From the human T2T-CHM13v2.0 reference genome, Homo sapiens, in assembly GCA_009914755.4 (NCBI GenBank), contig CP068257.2:29440001-29504000 (forward strand): DNA of 64,000 nucleotides, written 5' to 3'. The number at the start of each line of letters is the position of its first letter. Within the stretch, counting starts at the first letter, position 1. Positions 14,237 through 27,642 of the stretch are shown here, in pieces. The position numbers and the translations under genes were made by a program. The notes under the pieces are model-generated. The model did not search any database. It was not told the DNA's origin and saw nothing but the letters and a program-made list of their open reading frames with translations.

Positions 14237-14293
<57 letters not shown>
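14237..14293. repeat. (GA)n microsatellite (~27 units), embedded in a longer GA-rich tract from 14165 to 14300
   Basis: Direct read of a perfect agagagag... run. Confidence 0.95.
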
Positions 14294-14299
<6 letters not shown>

Positions 14300-14724
14300 A
14301 TAAGAACGATAATTTTGGGACCCAGCAATATGCTTGAGTTTGCGTTTGACTCTAAAAACATTCATAGTGAAACAGCGGCCTCCTCTGGTCACAGGCAGGA
14401 AATTCAAGAACTTCTGTTTCTTACCAAAGTCAATTTTAAACTATGAAAATGGATGGATTATTACATTGGAAAAGAACTGTATTCAACATTTACCAAATCT
14501 GCCGTTGTGCACTAAAACCGTATAAACTAGAAAACTCAACCCAAAATCAGTGTTCTGAGGGTGATGAGTTCCAGCAAAAATCCTATGAGAAATTAGAGTT
14601 GGATAGGATCTTGCTCACATTTAATCTATTCTCCCTCACAGTGATCTTCCCTAGTTAAATTAAGTAAAAGTTGAAAATTATCCTCCAGGGTGAAACAATT
14701 TTCCCAAAATGGTCACTACTGGTC

Positions 14725-14915
14725 TGCTTGTACTCCATTCGGAGCCAGATAGACCTAGATTTGAATGCTGGATTCATAGAGCTGCATAACTTTGGACCAG
14801 GACTTGCCCTGTTTTTCCATCTGTAAAATAGGCCCCATAGCACCTCTCAGGGCTTCTCTGCAGATGCAGTGAAAGCACACACAAAGCACTAAGCATGTAG
14901 GAAAAATTTTGACAA
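14725..14915 (+). mobile_element. MIR (tRNA-derived SINE) fragment
   Basis: agatagacctagatttgaatgctggattcatagagctgcataactttggaccaggacttgccctgtttttccatctgtaaaataggccccatagcacctctcagggc... parallels the MIR core (..gttcgaatcccggctctgccacttactagctgtgtgaccttgggcaagttacttaacctctct..cctcatctgtaaaatgggg). Confidence 0.55.
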
Positions 14916-15024
14916 CGTCAGGGCCCCTTCCTGTTGCTACCACTGAGTCCAATATAGCTCGTAGCTCACTGAATTGTATGTCTAATGTTTGTGTATTTTT
15001 TTTTGTTTTACTCATTTATAAAAG

Positions 15025-15391
15025 CAAAGATCGTCTTTATAACTTTTATTGCGGTAAAACGTGATATTTGGTAAGATATAATTTGCCATTCTAACCATTT
15101 GTAAGTGTACATTTCAGTGGCATCAATTATATTCACAATATCGTCCAACCATCACCACTATCCATTTCCAAAACTTTTTCATCACTCCAAATAGAAACTT
15201 TGTATCCGTTAAGAAATAATTCCTCCTCCCCTCCTCCTCCTCTCATTGCTGGTAACTTCTAATCTACTTTCTATCTCTATGAATTTGCCTGTTTTATATA
15301 TTTCATGTAACTAGGATTATGCAATATTTGTCCTTTTGTGTCTGGTTTATATCACTTACCATAATATTTTTGAGATTCATTCATGTTGTAG
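15025..15391 (-). mobile_element. L1 fragment (antisense of the ORF2 3' region), 5' piece of an element split by the LTR12 and Alu insertions
   Basis: ...tatccgttaagaaataattcctcctcccctcc...ctggtaacttctaatctactttctatctctatgaatttgcctgtt...gtccttttgtgtctggtttatatcacttaccataatatttttgagattcattcatgttgtag is the antisense L1 3' region; the same element continues at 16504-16530 and 16808-16995. Confidence 0.7.
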
Positions 15392-16503
15392 TGCGTCCGG
15401 AATTGGTGGCTTCTTCGTCTCACTGACTTCAAGAATGAAGCAGCAGACCCCCGCGGTGAGTGTTACAGTTCTTAAAGATGGTGTGTCTGGAGTTTGTTCC
15501 TTCTGGTGGTTTCGTGGTCTCGCTGACTTCAGGAGCGAAGCTGCAGACCTTCACGGTGAGTGTTACAGCTCTTAAAGGCTGCACGTCTGGAGTTTCGTTC
15601 CTTCCGGTGGGTTCATGGTCTTGCTGGCCTCAGGAGTGAAGCTGCAGACCTTCGCGGTGAGTATTACAGCTCATAAAAGCGGCGCAGACCCAAAAAGTTA
15701 GCTGCAGCAAGATTTATTACAAACAGCAAAAGAACAAATCCTCCACAGCATGGAAAGGAACCTCAGCGGTTCGGGTGGCCTGCTTTTATTCCCTCATTTG
15801 GTCCCACCCACATCCTGCTGATTGGCCCATTTTACAGAGAGCTGATTGGTCCGTTCTACAGAGAGCTGTTCGGTCTGTTTTGACCGAGTGCTGATTGGTG
15901 CGCTTACAAATCTTTAACTAGACACAGAGTGCTGATTGGTGCGTTTACAATCCTTTAGCTAGACACAAAAGTTCCCCAAGTCCCCACCCGATTAGCCAGA
16001 CACAGAGCAATGATTGGTGCGTTTACAAACCTTTAGCTAGACACAAGTGCTGATTGGTGCATTTACAATCCTTCAGCTAGACGGAAAAGTTCTCCAAGTC
16101 CCCACCCCGCCTACAAGCCCAGCCGGCTTCACCTCTCTCTGGCACTCCCATGGGTCTTTGCGGCACCTAGCCTGGGCACTCCCGCAGCCCGGACGGAGCT
16201 CGTTCCGGATCAAGCCCAGCGGACACCTGCCGGCCGCGCCAAGCGCAGAGCCCGCCGAGCCCGCGCCCACCTGGAACCGTGCCGGCCTGCGAGCGCCGTG
16301 CGCAGCCCCGGCTCCCGCCCGCGCCTCTTCCTCCACACCTCCCCGCCAGCAGAGGGAGCCGGCTCTGGCCTCGGCCAGCCCCAGAGAGGGGCCCCCACAG
16401 CGAAGCAGCGGGGTGAAGGGCTCTTGGAGCAGGGACAGAGCGGAGGCCAAGGCCGAGGAGGCGCCAAGAGCGAGCGAGGGCTGCTAGCAGTTGCCACCTC
16501 TCA
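15392..16503 (+). mobile_element. Solo LTR12 (ERV9-family LTR), full-length form with a GC/CpG-rich 3' segment; flanked by a 4-bp TSD GTAG
   Basis: Begins TGcgtccggaattggtggc; three gctgacttca.ga..gaagc.gcagacc..c.cggtgagtgttacagctc blocks; the tgctgattggtgcgtttacaa.cctttagctagaca repeats; a GC-rich region at 16120-16490 (CpG-dense, e.g. ccggccgcgccaagcgcagagcccgccgagcccgcgcccacc); ends ccacctctCA. GTAG occurs at 15388-15391 and 16504-16507. Inserted into an L1. Confidence 0.75.
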
Positions 16504-16530
16504 GTAGCATGCATCAAAACTTTATTACAT

Positions 16531-16807
16531 GGGGTGCAGTGGTTCACGCCTGTAATCCTAGCACTTTGGGAGGCCGAGGCGGGCGAATCACCTGAGGTCA
16601 GGAGTTCAAGACCAGCCTGGCCAGCATGGTGAAACCCCGTCTCTACCAAAAATACAAAAATCAGTCAGGTGTGGTGGGCCACACCTGTAATCCCAGGTAC
16701 TTGGGAGGCTGAAACAGGAGAATCGCTGAACCTGGGAGGCAGAGGTTGCAGTGAGCTCCAGCCTGGGCGACAGAGCAAGACCCTGTCTCAGAAAAAAAAA
16801 AAAAAAA
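16531..16807 (+). mobile_element. Alu with 11-bp TSD, inserted at the LTR12/L1 junction
   Basis: ggggtgcagtggttcacgcctgtaatcctagcactttgggaggccgaggcgggcgaatcacctgaggtcaggagttcaagaccagcctggccagc...gaaaaaaaaaaaaaaaa; TSD AAAACTTTATT at 16517-16527 and after the poly(A). Confidence 0.92.
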
Positions 16808-16995
16808 CTTTATTCCTTTTTCTTGCTGAATAATACTTCCTTACATAGATATACAGTTTGTTTAGCCGTTCATCTGTTGACAGACACTGAGTAATTACCA
16901 CCTTTTGGCTATTGTGAATAATAAGCATTGTTGCACAAGTAACTATTCAGGTCCCTGCTTTCGGTTCTTTTGTATGTATACCCAGAGCATACGGT
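16808..16995 (-). mobile_element. L1 fragment (continuation of the element at 15025-15391)
   Basis: cctttttcttgctgaataatacttccttacatagatatacagtttgtttagccgttcatctgttgacagacactgagtaattaccaccttttggctattgtgaataataagcattgttgc... matches antisense L1 (..ggctgaataatattccattgtatgtatataccacattttgtttatccattcatctgttgatggacacttgggttg..ttggctattgtgaataatgctgc). Confidence 0.7.
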
Positions 16996-17003
16996 ACATT
17001 CCA

Positions 17004-17135
17004 TGTTTCATTTTTTTTCATTTTTTTAATAGAGTCTCCCTATCTTGCACAAGCTGGTCTCCAACTCCTGGATTGAAGCAATCCTCTTCTCAGCCTCCCA
17101 AGTAGTTTGTATTACCGACATGAGCTACCACACCC
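17004..17135 (-). mobile_element. Alu monomer fragment (old, diverged)
   Basis: tttttttcatttttttaatagagtctccctatcttgcacaagctggtctccaactcctggattgaagcaatcctcttctcagcctcccaagtagtttgtattaccgacatgagctaccacacccagcta. Confidence 0.65.
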
Positions 17136-17205
17136 AGCTATGCTTAATGTATTTGTGTGTGTGTATATATATATATTTTTTTTTTATTTATTTTTTTTTT
17201 TGGAA

Positions 17206-18440
17206 CCACCACCATAGTCTATTCCACATCAGGTGTACCATTTTACATTCCCACAAGCAAGCCACAAGGGTTCCAATTTCCCCACACCCTTGCCAACAGT
17301 TGCTGACGGGATTTTTCATTGTGCAAAACTGAAACTCTGTATCCATTAAACAACTTTGTTTTCCTTCCCCCTACCCTTGGCAACCACCTTTTCCTCACTC
17401 CAAACACAAACTTCCTACCCATTAAGCAGTAACTCCTCCTTTCCTCTCTCCCAGCTCCTGGTAACTTTCAATCTACTTTGTTTCTATGAGTTCGGCTACT
17501 TTAGATACCTCTTGTCAGTGGAATCATACAGTGTTTGTCTTTTTATGACTGGCTGGCTTCACTTAGCATAATTTCCTCAAGGTTCCTCCAAGTTGTCATA
17601 TGTAACAGGGTTTTTTTTCTTTTTAAAAGCTGAATAATATGCCTTTGTATGTACATTGCATTTCCTTTATCCATTCTTCCATCAATGGACATTTGGGTTG
17701 CTTCTACCTCTTGGCTACTGTGAATAATTCTGCAATGAACATTGGTTTGAAAATATCTCTTCAAGATCCTGCTTTCAATTCTTTTGGCTATATACCCAGA
17801 AGTGAAGTTGCTAGGTTATATGATAAATCTATTTTTAAGTTTTTGAGGAATCTCCATATTGTTCTCCATGGCAGCCTGTACCATTTTACCTTCCTACCAA
17901 CAGCACACAAGGGTTCCAGTTTCCCCACATCCTCTCCAACACTTGTTATTTTGTGTTTTTTGATAGTGGCCATACTAATATGGGTATGAGGTGACATTTC
18001 ATTGTAGTTTTGATTTGCACTTCTCTAATGATTAGTGATGCTGAGCATCTTTTCATATGCTTGGTGGCCATTTGGACACCATCCCTGGAGAAATTTATAT
18101 TCAAGTACCTTGCCCAGTTTTTAGTTTTTTGTTGTTGAGTTGTAGTAGCTCTTTATATATTCTGGGTATTAATCCCTTGTCAGATATATGATTTGCAAAT
18201 ATTTTCTCCCATTCTGTAGCTTAGCTTTTCACTTTGCTGACTCTTTCCTTTGATGTGCACAAGTTTTTAAGTTTGATGTAGTCCCATCTGTTTGTTTTTG
18301 CTTTTGTTGCCAAGCTTTTTGTGTCATGTATAAGAACTTATTGCCAAATCCAAGATGATGAAGATTTATCTCTGTTTTCTCCTAAGAGTGTTATGGTTTT
18401 AGCTCCTATATTTAGGCCATTGATTTATTTTGAGTGAATT
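17206..18440 (-). mobile_element. L1 3' portion (two adjoining pieces), antisense on the + strand, so the element lies on the minus strand
   Basis: ..tgtaccattttacattcccacaagcaag..; tatccattaaacaac...ggctgaataatatgcctttgtatgtacattgcatttcctttatccattcttccatcaatggacatttgggttgcttctacctcttggctactgtgaataattctgcaatgaacattgg...tatacccagaagtgaagttgc...ttctcccattctgtagcttagc... The minus-strand ORF at 17543..17764 translates to an L1 ORF2 C-terminal-like peptide (..TTWRNLEEIMLSEASQS). Confidence 0.8.
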
Positions 18441-19620
18441 TTTTTTCTTTCTGCTTTTGGGCTTTAAATAAAACAAAATTTTATTGAGCTGTAAAATTAT
18501 TTATATACATATTTTTGGCTTACATTTATATGAGACATCCACTCCAAATGAAATTTCAAATGAAATTTTTGACATTTTATTTCAAAATTATACTTGTGTG
18601 GTTTTCTGCATATTTACAAATAGTAGTTGTAATTTTTTCTCTTATGATTTTATTCTCAAACTATAAATACTGACTTAGATACCCTTAATTCATCATAATC
18701 TGTCAAACATTTTCTGATTTTATTTCTCTATATTTTATAGAGGATATGTCTCAGGTTTGGGATAGTATCTTAATACAATAAAGTAACTTAACCCCTGAAA
18801 AAGGCAAACATACAGATAAAGTCTTACCAAAAAGCAATAATTTTTCAGTCAATTTGATAAGAAAGAAGGATGAACTATAGACACCCTGAATAAAAATTGA
18901 GGCATTGTTATTTTTTTACTCATCATTAAGAAATATGGGTTTTAATTAAATATAATTTCTATAATTAACTATTTAAAATTCTTTTTTCTCTTCTATAGTT
19001 TTTTATTGATATATAATAATTACACATAATTATGGAGTACATTTGATATTTGGTTAGATTAATACAATGTGTAATCAAATCAGAGCAATTAGAATATCTA
19101 TCACCTCATTTATCATTTCTTTGTGTTTCTAACACAGAAATGCCAGATCTTCTCTTCTAGCTATTGTGAAAGGCACAATAAATTATTATTAACTATTGTC
19201 ACTTTATTGCTCTACCAAACATTAGAACTTATTCCTTCTATTTAATGTATTTTCTTTATTGGGTAAGGAAATACATCCCCAATCCCCACTACCCTTCTCA
19301 CCCTCTGGTAACCATCCTTCTATGTTCTACTTCCATAAAATCAACTTTGATTGAGACATATGAATAAGAATATGTGATATATGTGTCTTTCTGTGCCTGA
19401 CTTATTTCACTTAATGTAAGGTCCTCCAGATTCATCCATGCTGGCACAAATGACAGAATTTCATTCCTTTTTTTGGCTGAACAGAATTCCATTGTGTATC
19501 TGTGCCATATTTTTTAATTCATTTATCCATTGATGGATACTCAGGTTGTTTTCATATCTTGACTACTGGGAATAGTGCTGCAATAAATATAGAAATGCAG
19601 ATATCTCTTCAACATCCTGA

Positions 19621-19992
<372 letters not shown>

Positions 19993-20977
19993 TGAATTTT
20001 TGAAGAACCTCCATACCGTTTTCCATAGTGGCTGTACTAATTTACATTCTCATCAACAGTGTACTGGCATGAATTTGTCATTTCTTGTATTTTTTATAAT
20101 AGCTATTTTAACTGGGGGAGATAATATCTCATTGCATATAATATCTGATTTGCATTTTCCTGATGACTAGTGATGTTGAACATTTTCCCATATACCTGTT
20201 GGCCATTTATATGTCTTCTTTTGTGAAATGACTATTCAGATCATTTGCCCATTCTTTAATCAGATTATTCAGGTTTTTTGCTATTGTTTGAGTTTCTTAC
20301 ATATTTTGGTTATTAATCCTTTGTCAAATGGATGTAAATATTTCCTCCCATTCTGTAGGTTGCCTCTTCACTCTGCTGATTATTTTCTTGCTGTGTAAGA
20401 AGTTTTTTAGCTTGACATAATCCTATTTGTTGATTTTTGCTTTCGTTGCCTGTACTTGTGAGGTTGTACTAAAAAAAAAAATCTTCGCCCAGACTAATGT
20501 CCTGGAGCATTTCCCAGTGTTTTCTTCTAGAAGTTTCATGGTTTCAGGTCTTACATTTAAGTCTTTAATCCATTTGATTTGATTTTTTAATATGGTGAGA
20601 GATAGGGTCCTAGTTTTATTCTTCCACATATGGATAGCCAGTTTTCCCAGCACCGTTTATTGACAAGACAGTTCTTTCCCCAATGTATGTTCTTGGCATC
20701 TTTGTCAAAAATGAGTTGGCTATATATGCATAGATTTATTTCTGGGCTCTCTATTCTGTTCCATTTGGTCTATGTGTCTGTTTTTGTGCCAGTACTATGC
20801 TATTTTTGGTTACTATAGCTTTGTAGTACATTTTGAAATCTGTTAGTGTGATACCTCCAGCTCTGTTCTTTTTGTTCAAAATTGCTTTGGTTATTCAGGG
20901 TCTTTTGTTCCAAGTGAATTTTAGGATTTTTTTTTTCTATTTCTGTGAAGAATGTTGCTATCTTTTGGATATTTGAC

Positions 20978-21378
20978 ACCCCCACCCCACCACCAACTCT
21001 CACATTGAAATGTGATCCCTGATGTTGGAGGTGGAGACTGGCAGGAGGTGTTCGCATCATGGAGGCAGATTCCTCATGAATGGCTTGTTGCCATCCGCCT
21101 GGTAATGAGTTCTTGCTCTATTTACAAAATCTGATTGTTAAAAAAAAGGCCGGGAACCTCCTTACCTGCTCCCTTCCTCCCTGTCTTGTCATGTGATCTC
21201 ACCGGATCCTTTTCAGCTTCTGCCATGAGTAGAAGCAATCTAAGGCCCTTGCCAGAAGCAGATGCTGATGCCATGCTTCTTGTACAGCCTGCAGAACCGT
21301 AAGCCAAATAAACGTCTTGTATTTATAAATTACCCAGGTATTCCTTTACAGCAACATAAGCAGACTAAGACAAGTGTC
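20978..21378 (+). mobile_element. MST-type MaLR solo LTR nested in the L1
   Basis: ..tggaggtggagactggcaggaggtgttcgcatcatggaggcagattcctcatgaatggcttgttgccatccgcctggtaatgagttcttgctc...ttctgccatgagtagaagcaatctaaggcccttgccagaagcagatgctgatgccatgcttcttgtacagcctgcagaaccgtaagccaaataaacgtcttgtatttataaattacccaggtattcctttacagcaacataagcagactaagaca matches the recalled MST consensus. Confidence 0.75.
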
Positions 21379-21428
21379 ACTGGTATTTTGATAGGGATTG
21401 CATTGATTCTGTAGATCATTTTAGGTGG

Positions 21429-21799
21429 TGATATGATTTGGCTGAGTCCCCACCCAAATCTCATCTTGAATTGTAGCTCACATAATTCCCTCATGTTGTG
21501 GGAGGGACCCAGTGGGAGATAACTGAATCATGGGGGCAGTTTCCCCCATACTGTTCTCGTGGTAATTGATAGGTCTCACGAGATTTGATGGTTTTATAAG
21601 GGGAAACCCCTTTTGCTTGGCTCTCATTCTCTTCTCCTGTCTGCAGCCATGTGAGAGGTGCCTTTTGCCTTCTGCCTCCTGCCATGATTGTGAGCCCTCT
21701 CCAGCCACGTGGAACTGTGAGTCCATTAAACCTCTTTCTTTCGTAAATTGCCCAGCCTTGGGTATATCTTTATCAACAGTGTGAAAACGGACTAATACA
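21429..21799 (+). mobile_element. THE1-type MaLR solo LTR with 5-bp TSD GGTGG, nested in the L1
   Basis: TGATATGATTTGGCTGAGTCCCCACCCAAATCTCATCTTGAATTGTAGCTCACATAATTCCCTCATGTTGTGGGAGGGACCCAGTGGGAGATAACTGAATCATGGGGGCAG...CCACGTGGAACTGTGAGTCCATTAAACCTCTTTCTTTCGTAAATTGCCCAGCCTTGGGTATATCTTTATCAACAGTGTGAAAACGGACTAATACA; GGTGG at 21424-21428 and 21800-21804. Confidence 0.85.
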
Positions 21800-22035
21800 G
21801 GTGGTATGGACACATCAATATCAGTTTTTCCAATCCATGAGCATGGGATATCTTTTCACTTTTTGGTGTCCTCTTCAATTTCTTTCATCAGTGTTTTGTA
21901 GTTTTCACTATAGAGATCTTTCACTTGGTCGATTAAATTTATTCCTAGGGCTTTGTTTTTGCTTCGGTAGCTAGTATAAATGGGATTGCTTTCCTTTTCA
22001 GATTGTTCTCTGTTGACATATATAAATGCTACTGA

Positions 22036-22333
22036 TGGCCAGGCATGGTGGCTCATGCCTGTAATGCAAAAACTTTGCAAGGCCAGGGTGGGAAGATTTC
22101 ATGAGCTTAGGAGTTCAAGAACAGCCTGGACAACAAAATGAGACTTTATCACTATGAAAATTTTTTTAAAAATTAGCCAGCTGGGACTTTAGTCCCAGCT
22201 ACTTGGGAGGCTGAGGTAGAAGGATCACTTGAGCCTGGGATGTCTAGGCTTCAGTGAGCCGTGATCCTGCTACTGCACTCCAGCCTGGGTGACTGAGCAA
22301 GACCCTGTCTCAAACAAACAAATAAACAACAAA
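22036..22333 (+). mobile_element. Alu (older, diverged) with ~11-bp TSD, nested in the L1
   Basis: ggccaggcatggtggctcatgcctgtaatgcaaaaactttgcaaggccagggtgggaagatttcatgagcttaggagttcaagaacagcctggacaac...; TSD ATGCTACTGAT / ATGCCACTGAT. Confidence 0.88.
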
Positions 22334-23319
22334 TGCCACTGATTTTTGTATATTGATTTTGTATTTTGCAACTTCACCAAATTTGTTCACTAGTTCTAAC
22401 AGTTTTTTGGTGGAATCTTTAAGTTTTTCTAAATGTAGAATCATGTCATCTGTAAACAAGAATAATTTGACTTGTTTCTTTCCCATTTGGATGCCCTTTA
22501 TTTCTTTCTCTTACCTAATTGCTCTGGCTAGGACTTCCAGGATTATATTGAATAAAAGTGGTGAAAGTGGGCAACCTTGTCTTCTTCCAGATCTTAGAGA
22601 AAAGGCTTTTGATTTTTCCCCATTCAGTAGGATGCTAGCTATGGGTTTGCCATATATGACTTTTGGCCATATAAAAGTCATATGGCTTTTATTGTTTTGA
22701 GATATATTCCTTCTATACTCAGTTTGTCAAAAGTTTTTATCATGAAGAGATGATAAATTTTATTGAATGCTTTTTCAGCATCTATGGTAATTATATGGTT
22801 TTTTGTTCTTGACTCTGTTTATGTGATGTATCATGTTTATTGATTTGCATATGTTGAACCATCCTTACATTCCTGGGGTACACATGATCATAATGAATGA
22901 TCTTTGCAATGTGTTGTTGAATTTAGTTTGCTAGTATTCTGGTGAAGATTTCTACATGTATATTAATCAGGAATATTGGTCTGTCATTTTCTTTTTTTGT
23001 TGTCTCCTTATCTAGTTTTAGTATCAGATTAATGCTGAAATCACTTTGAATTAATTTTTATATATGGAGTGAGGTAAGAGTGCAACTACATTCATTTACA
23101 CGTAAAAATCCAGTTGTCTCAGAACCATTTGTTGAAAAGACTACTCTTCCCCCACTGAAAGAACCTGGCACCTTTATCAAAAATCCATTCACCATAGATG
23201 TATGACTGTCAATTCCATTTTGGCCTATATGCCTATCTTTGTAAGTATCACATTGTTTTGATTACTATAACTTTGTATTAAGTTTTGAAATCCAGAAGTG
23301 TTAGCTTTCCAATTTTATT

Positions 23320-23470
23320 CTTTTTTTTTTACTTTTATTTTAGGTTCAGGGGTACATGTCCAGGTTTGTTACATACATATATTGAGTGGCATGGGGGTTT
23401 GGTGTACAGATTATTTCAGCACCCACATAATAAGCACAGTACCCAATAGGTAGATTTTTAAATTATTTTT
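23320..23470. mobile_element. L1-derived fragment (orientation not resolved)
   Basis: tttattttaggttcaggggtacatgtccaggtttgttacatacatatattgagtggcatgggggtttggtgtacagattatttcagcacccacataataagcacagtacccaatagg resembles a frequently seen primate L1 segment. Confidence 0.5.
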
Positions 23471-24373
23471 CTTTTTCAATATTGTTTTTGCTATTTAGGG
23501 GCACTGTGCAATTACGTATGATTTAACAATTGGCTTTTTCACTTCTGCAAATAAGGCTGCTGGGGAAACTATTTTTCAATAACTAAACTGAAAAGATCTT
23601 AACACCTAATGCAACTTTTTTCCAGATACTTATAAGTTTTCTGGAAAACCTAGTGACTGTACATGAAGAATCAAGTTAATCAGAGAGCAGATACTACCCG
23701 TGACAAAATGTCTAAGTAATGAGACTATTCCTGCTCAGGAAATAAAAGCGAAAAAAAAAAAAAAAACCTGTCTCATTTACATGTTCAATCAATCCAATCA
23801 ATCACCAGTGTTTATATTTCTATTAAACTTCCGTAAAAGCCCAAAGCAGAGTTTCATTTTTACTTTTTAAAATTCTAGTATCTTTGCTAAAAACAATGCC
23901 TACGAAATAATGTCTTTGGGAAGGATGTCACCCAAGCCGATACAACCAAATAAGTTTTGATCCCAAAAGTGGTCCCATGGGGAAGAAAGTATATTCCCAA
24001 AGAGGATGATTTTACCCAAAAATTCTCTACGGCAACTGCTGCGCTCAGAATAGGCTTAACACATGCATACATACATACATCCACACATCTACACACACGC
24101 ATTCTAATTCCAATCCGGTCACATCTTGGTTTGGAGTGAAATTTTTTACAAGCATATTAGCTACTTGTTTATTGTTTCCTACATCAGCTTTGTTGTCTTA
24201 TATATGAGACTCTGTTTCCAATCAGCTTGTTTCTGCACAGGCCTTCAGAGCGCCCAGCACAGCCCCAAGCTCCTGTGGCAGCCTCACCAGCTCATCTGTT
24301 CTACCTGCAGCCTTAGCTTGTTCTGCACCAAGGCAACAGTTTTTGTGAATCAGAGTTTGAAAGCCTGAGAAAT

Positions 24374-25215
<842 letters not shown>

Positions 25216-25589
25216 GACACCTCCTCTCTCCTTGTGTTCCTTCTGCTCTGTGCCCTTTGCTTCTCTTCCTCCCAAATCATCCCCTTGTGCCCTCTAGGAC
25301 GTTCAAACCCTGATGAAAGGCCGGCTCCATCCTCAGGCTTCATCACATCACTCACTTCCATATTGCAGCTTCCTGGGTTTGCACCCAATTGAGTAAAGCC
25401 CAGCACACACATCTACATTCCAGTTGCAAGGGGTGTGTGGGAGGGCTGGGAAAGGAAGCTGACCAGATTTTACCTTTAGAAAGCAGGACAATGCTCCCGA
25501 GGTGAGACGCTATCTATGCAAGGAGGGTGTTCAACATTTGGACAGCCACGGCTGGAAGATGTCCACTACCCAGGTTTTCATAGTCATAG

Positions 25590-25994
<405 letters not shown>

Positions 25995-26334
25995 TAGTTT
26001 TCCAGCCTGAGCAACCTGAGAGAAGGTGAGGCCATTTACTGAGATGACGGAAGAAGATAAAGTGAAGGTGGAAATGATAAGTTCAGTTTGGGACATATTG
26101 GCCTTGAGGGGCTTTGTAAATTTTCAGGTTCTGAGGCTCCAGTGGTGGCAGCAGCAATCACCCGTGGCCTTGTGTGTGGCACCCAGCATCTGTTCTAATT
26201 CCATCCATCACCAGCTGATTCTCATTTCCCAAGCCTTTGTTCAGGCTATCGAACTCCAGGGATCTGAGTTACCCTCTCCTATTCCTAAACACTGTCCCCA
26301 GCCAAACCCCACTTAACCTAATTACTAGGCATGT

Positions 26335-26440
26335 GAGCCTGGGCAAACCGCTTCACTGCTCTAGGCCTCGGTTCCTCATCTGTAAAATGAGAGGGTTACA
26401 AAATATGACGTCCAAGGGTCCTTCTACGTCCATTCTGGTT
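26335..26440 (+). mobile_element. MIR fragment
   Basis: gggcaaaccgcttcactgctctaggcctcggttcctcatctgtaaaatgagagggttac matches the MIR core (..gggcaagttacttaacctctctgtgcctcagtttcctcatctgtaaaatgggg). Confidence 0.5.
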
Positions 26441-26690
26441 CTAAATAAAATGCGGCACTTTGCTGATCCACCGCGAGAGGGCACCAGAGAAACGTCCTCG
26501 CACAGGACCGCGCTGAAAGTGCCCCGAACCAGCCAGGCACGGTACCAGGCGGGATGCTGTGAGGGAGGTGGAAATAAGGTGGAACGCCATCCTTCCGCAT
26601 CCTTCCGCATCCTTCCTACTCGGGCAAACCCTTAGATCTGGGAAAAACGTTCGATAAGCAGCAACCGCAGCCAACATTCTATTTATCCCC
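26440..26690. promoter_or_regulatory. Small CpG-rich repeat-free block (about 15 CpG in 250 bp) containing a 10-bp tandem triplet CATCCTTCCG
   Basis: ccaccgcgagagggcaccagagaaacgtcctcgcacaggaccgcgctgaaagtgccccgaaccagccaggcacggtaccaggcgggatgctg...ggaacgccatccttccgcatccttccgcatccttcctactcgggcaaaccc...aaaacgttcgataagcagcaaccgcagcc. CpG density is far above the surrounding CpG-depleted sequence. Function unknown. Confidence 0.3.
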
Positions 26691-27642
26691 TTTATTTCTT
26701 TATCAAGACAAAAATCATTCTCCGGCTCTTCACTGCCAGAACCTGTTCGTTAAATGCACGAATTTTCAAGGTAAATTAGATCCAACTGGCACATTACAAT
26801 CACCTGGATGCTCTTAAATACACCGATGCTCCGCTCCCAACCCAGAGCAGCGTGAGGGGCCACAGCCCTCCCTTTAGCTAAAAGATGAACTTGGGACAGA
26901 TTCCTGCTTGGGACGGGTTCCTGCTCATCTCCCACTCCTGGACCCCGGAAACTCACAGCCTGGTTGCTAAGTCAGATTTAACTCCTTTGTGGACATTGCC
27001 AAAAAAGCTTGAGACGATCCTACAGGTCTCCAGCAGGGAGCACGGGGGTACACGTCATACCCTCAAAGCTGGGTCGGCAAAAAGCCCTTGATGCGTGGCG
27101 AGCTTGCTCTGTTATCCTTACTACGAGAAGCAGAGTGGCATCTTGCTCCTTGGATTTCTAGCATACAGTCCTGTTATGATAGCTAATCGATAAACTGTCT
27201 GGCTTGGAAATGCACGGTCTTCCAGTCTTTCCCTCTGTGTGCGGTCTAATCCCGGTCATGAACACGAAACACAAAAGTTGCTGTTTGTGGTGTGAGCCAC
27301 ACCTTCCTCCCTCACCTCTAAGATGGTGAGAAAAGATAAGCTTATCCGCCCAATTCATCTGACAGGGTTTGGGAGGACCAGATACATGTATAGGTACATG
27401 TTCTGAAGTGTATAATACAAATGCAATCTCCAGGTGGAATTATTTTAAAGGTGTGATTAATTTTACTGTTGATAATATAATTATACAAGGGTGTCATTGT
27501 TTTCAAGGTAACGTTCACATCACAGTGTTTTATTTACAATAGCTAAAATGTAAATGATCTAAATATCCAACATTATCAAATATCAAGTTGAGACCCTCCC
27601 TTTGTTAGCAAGTATTTGAGGACCTATAGCGTGTTAGTCTGT

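Noticed and set aside
14237-14293. A CRISPR-like array or other functional tandem array
   Set aside because: It is a simple (GA)n dinucleotide microsatellite. There are no spacer-repeat units or 25-40-bp periodicity.
16120-16500. A CpG island marking a gene promoter
   Set aside because: It is the intrinsic GC-rich 3' segment of the LTR12 element, not unique host sequence. Any promoter activity would be LTR-derived.
17543-19492. Minus-strand ORFs with L1 ORF2-like peptides (..WRNLEEIMLSEASQS.., ..AWMNLEDLTLSEISQAQKDTY..) as host genes
   Set aside because: They are decayed fragments of L1 ORF2 C-termini inside truncated, stop-ridden L1 copies. They are useful only to confirm that the L1s lie on the minus strand.
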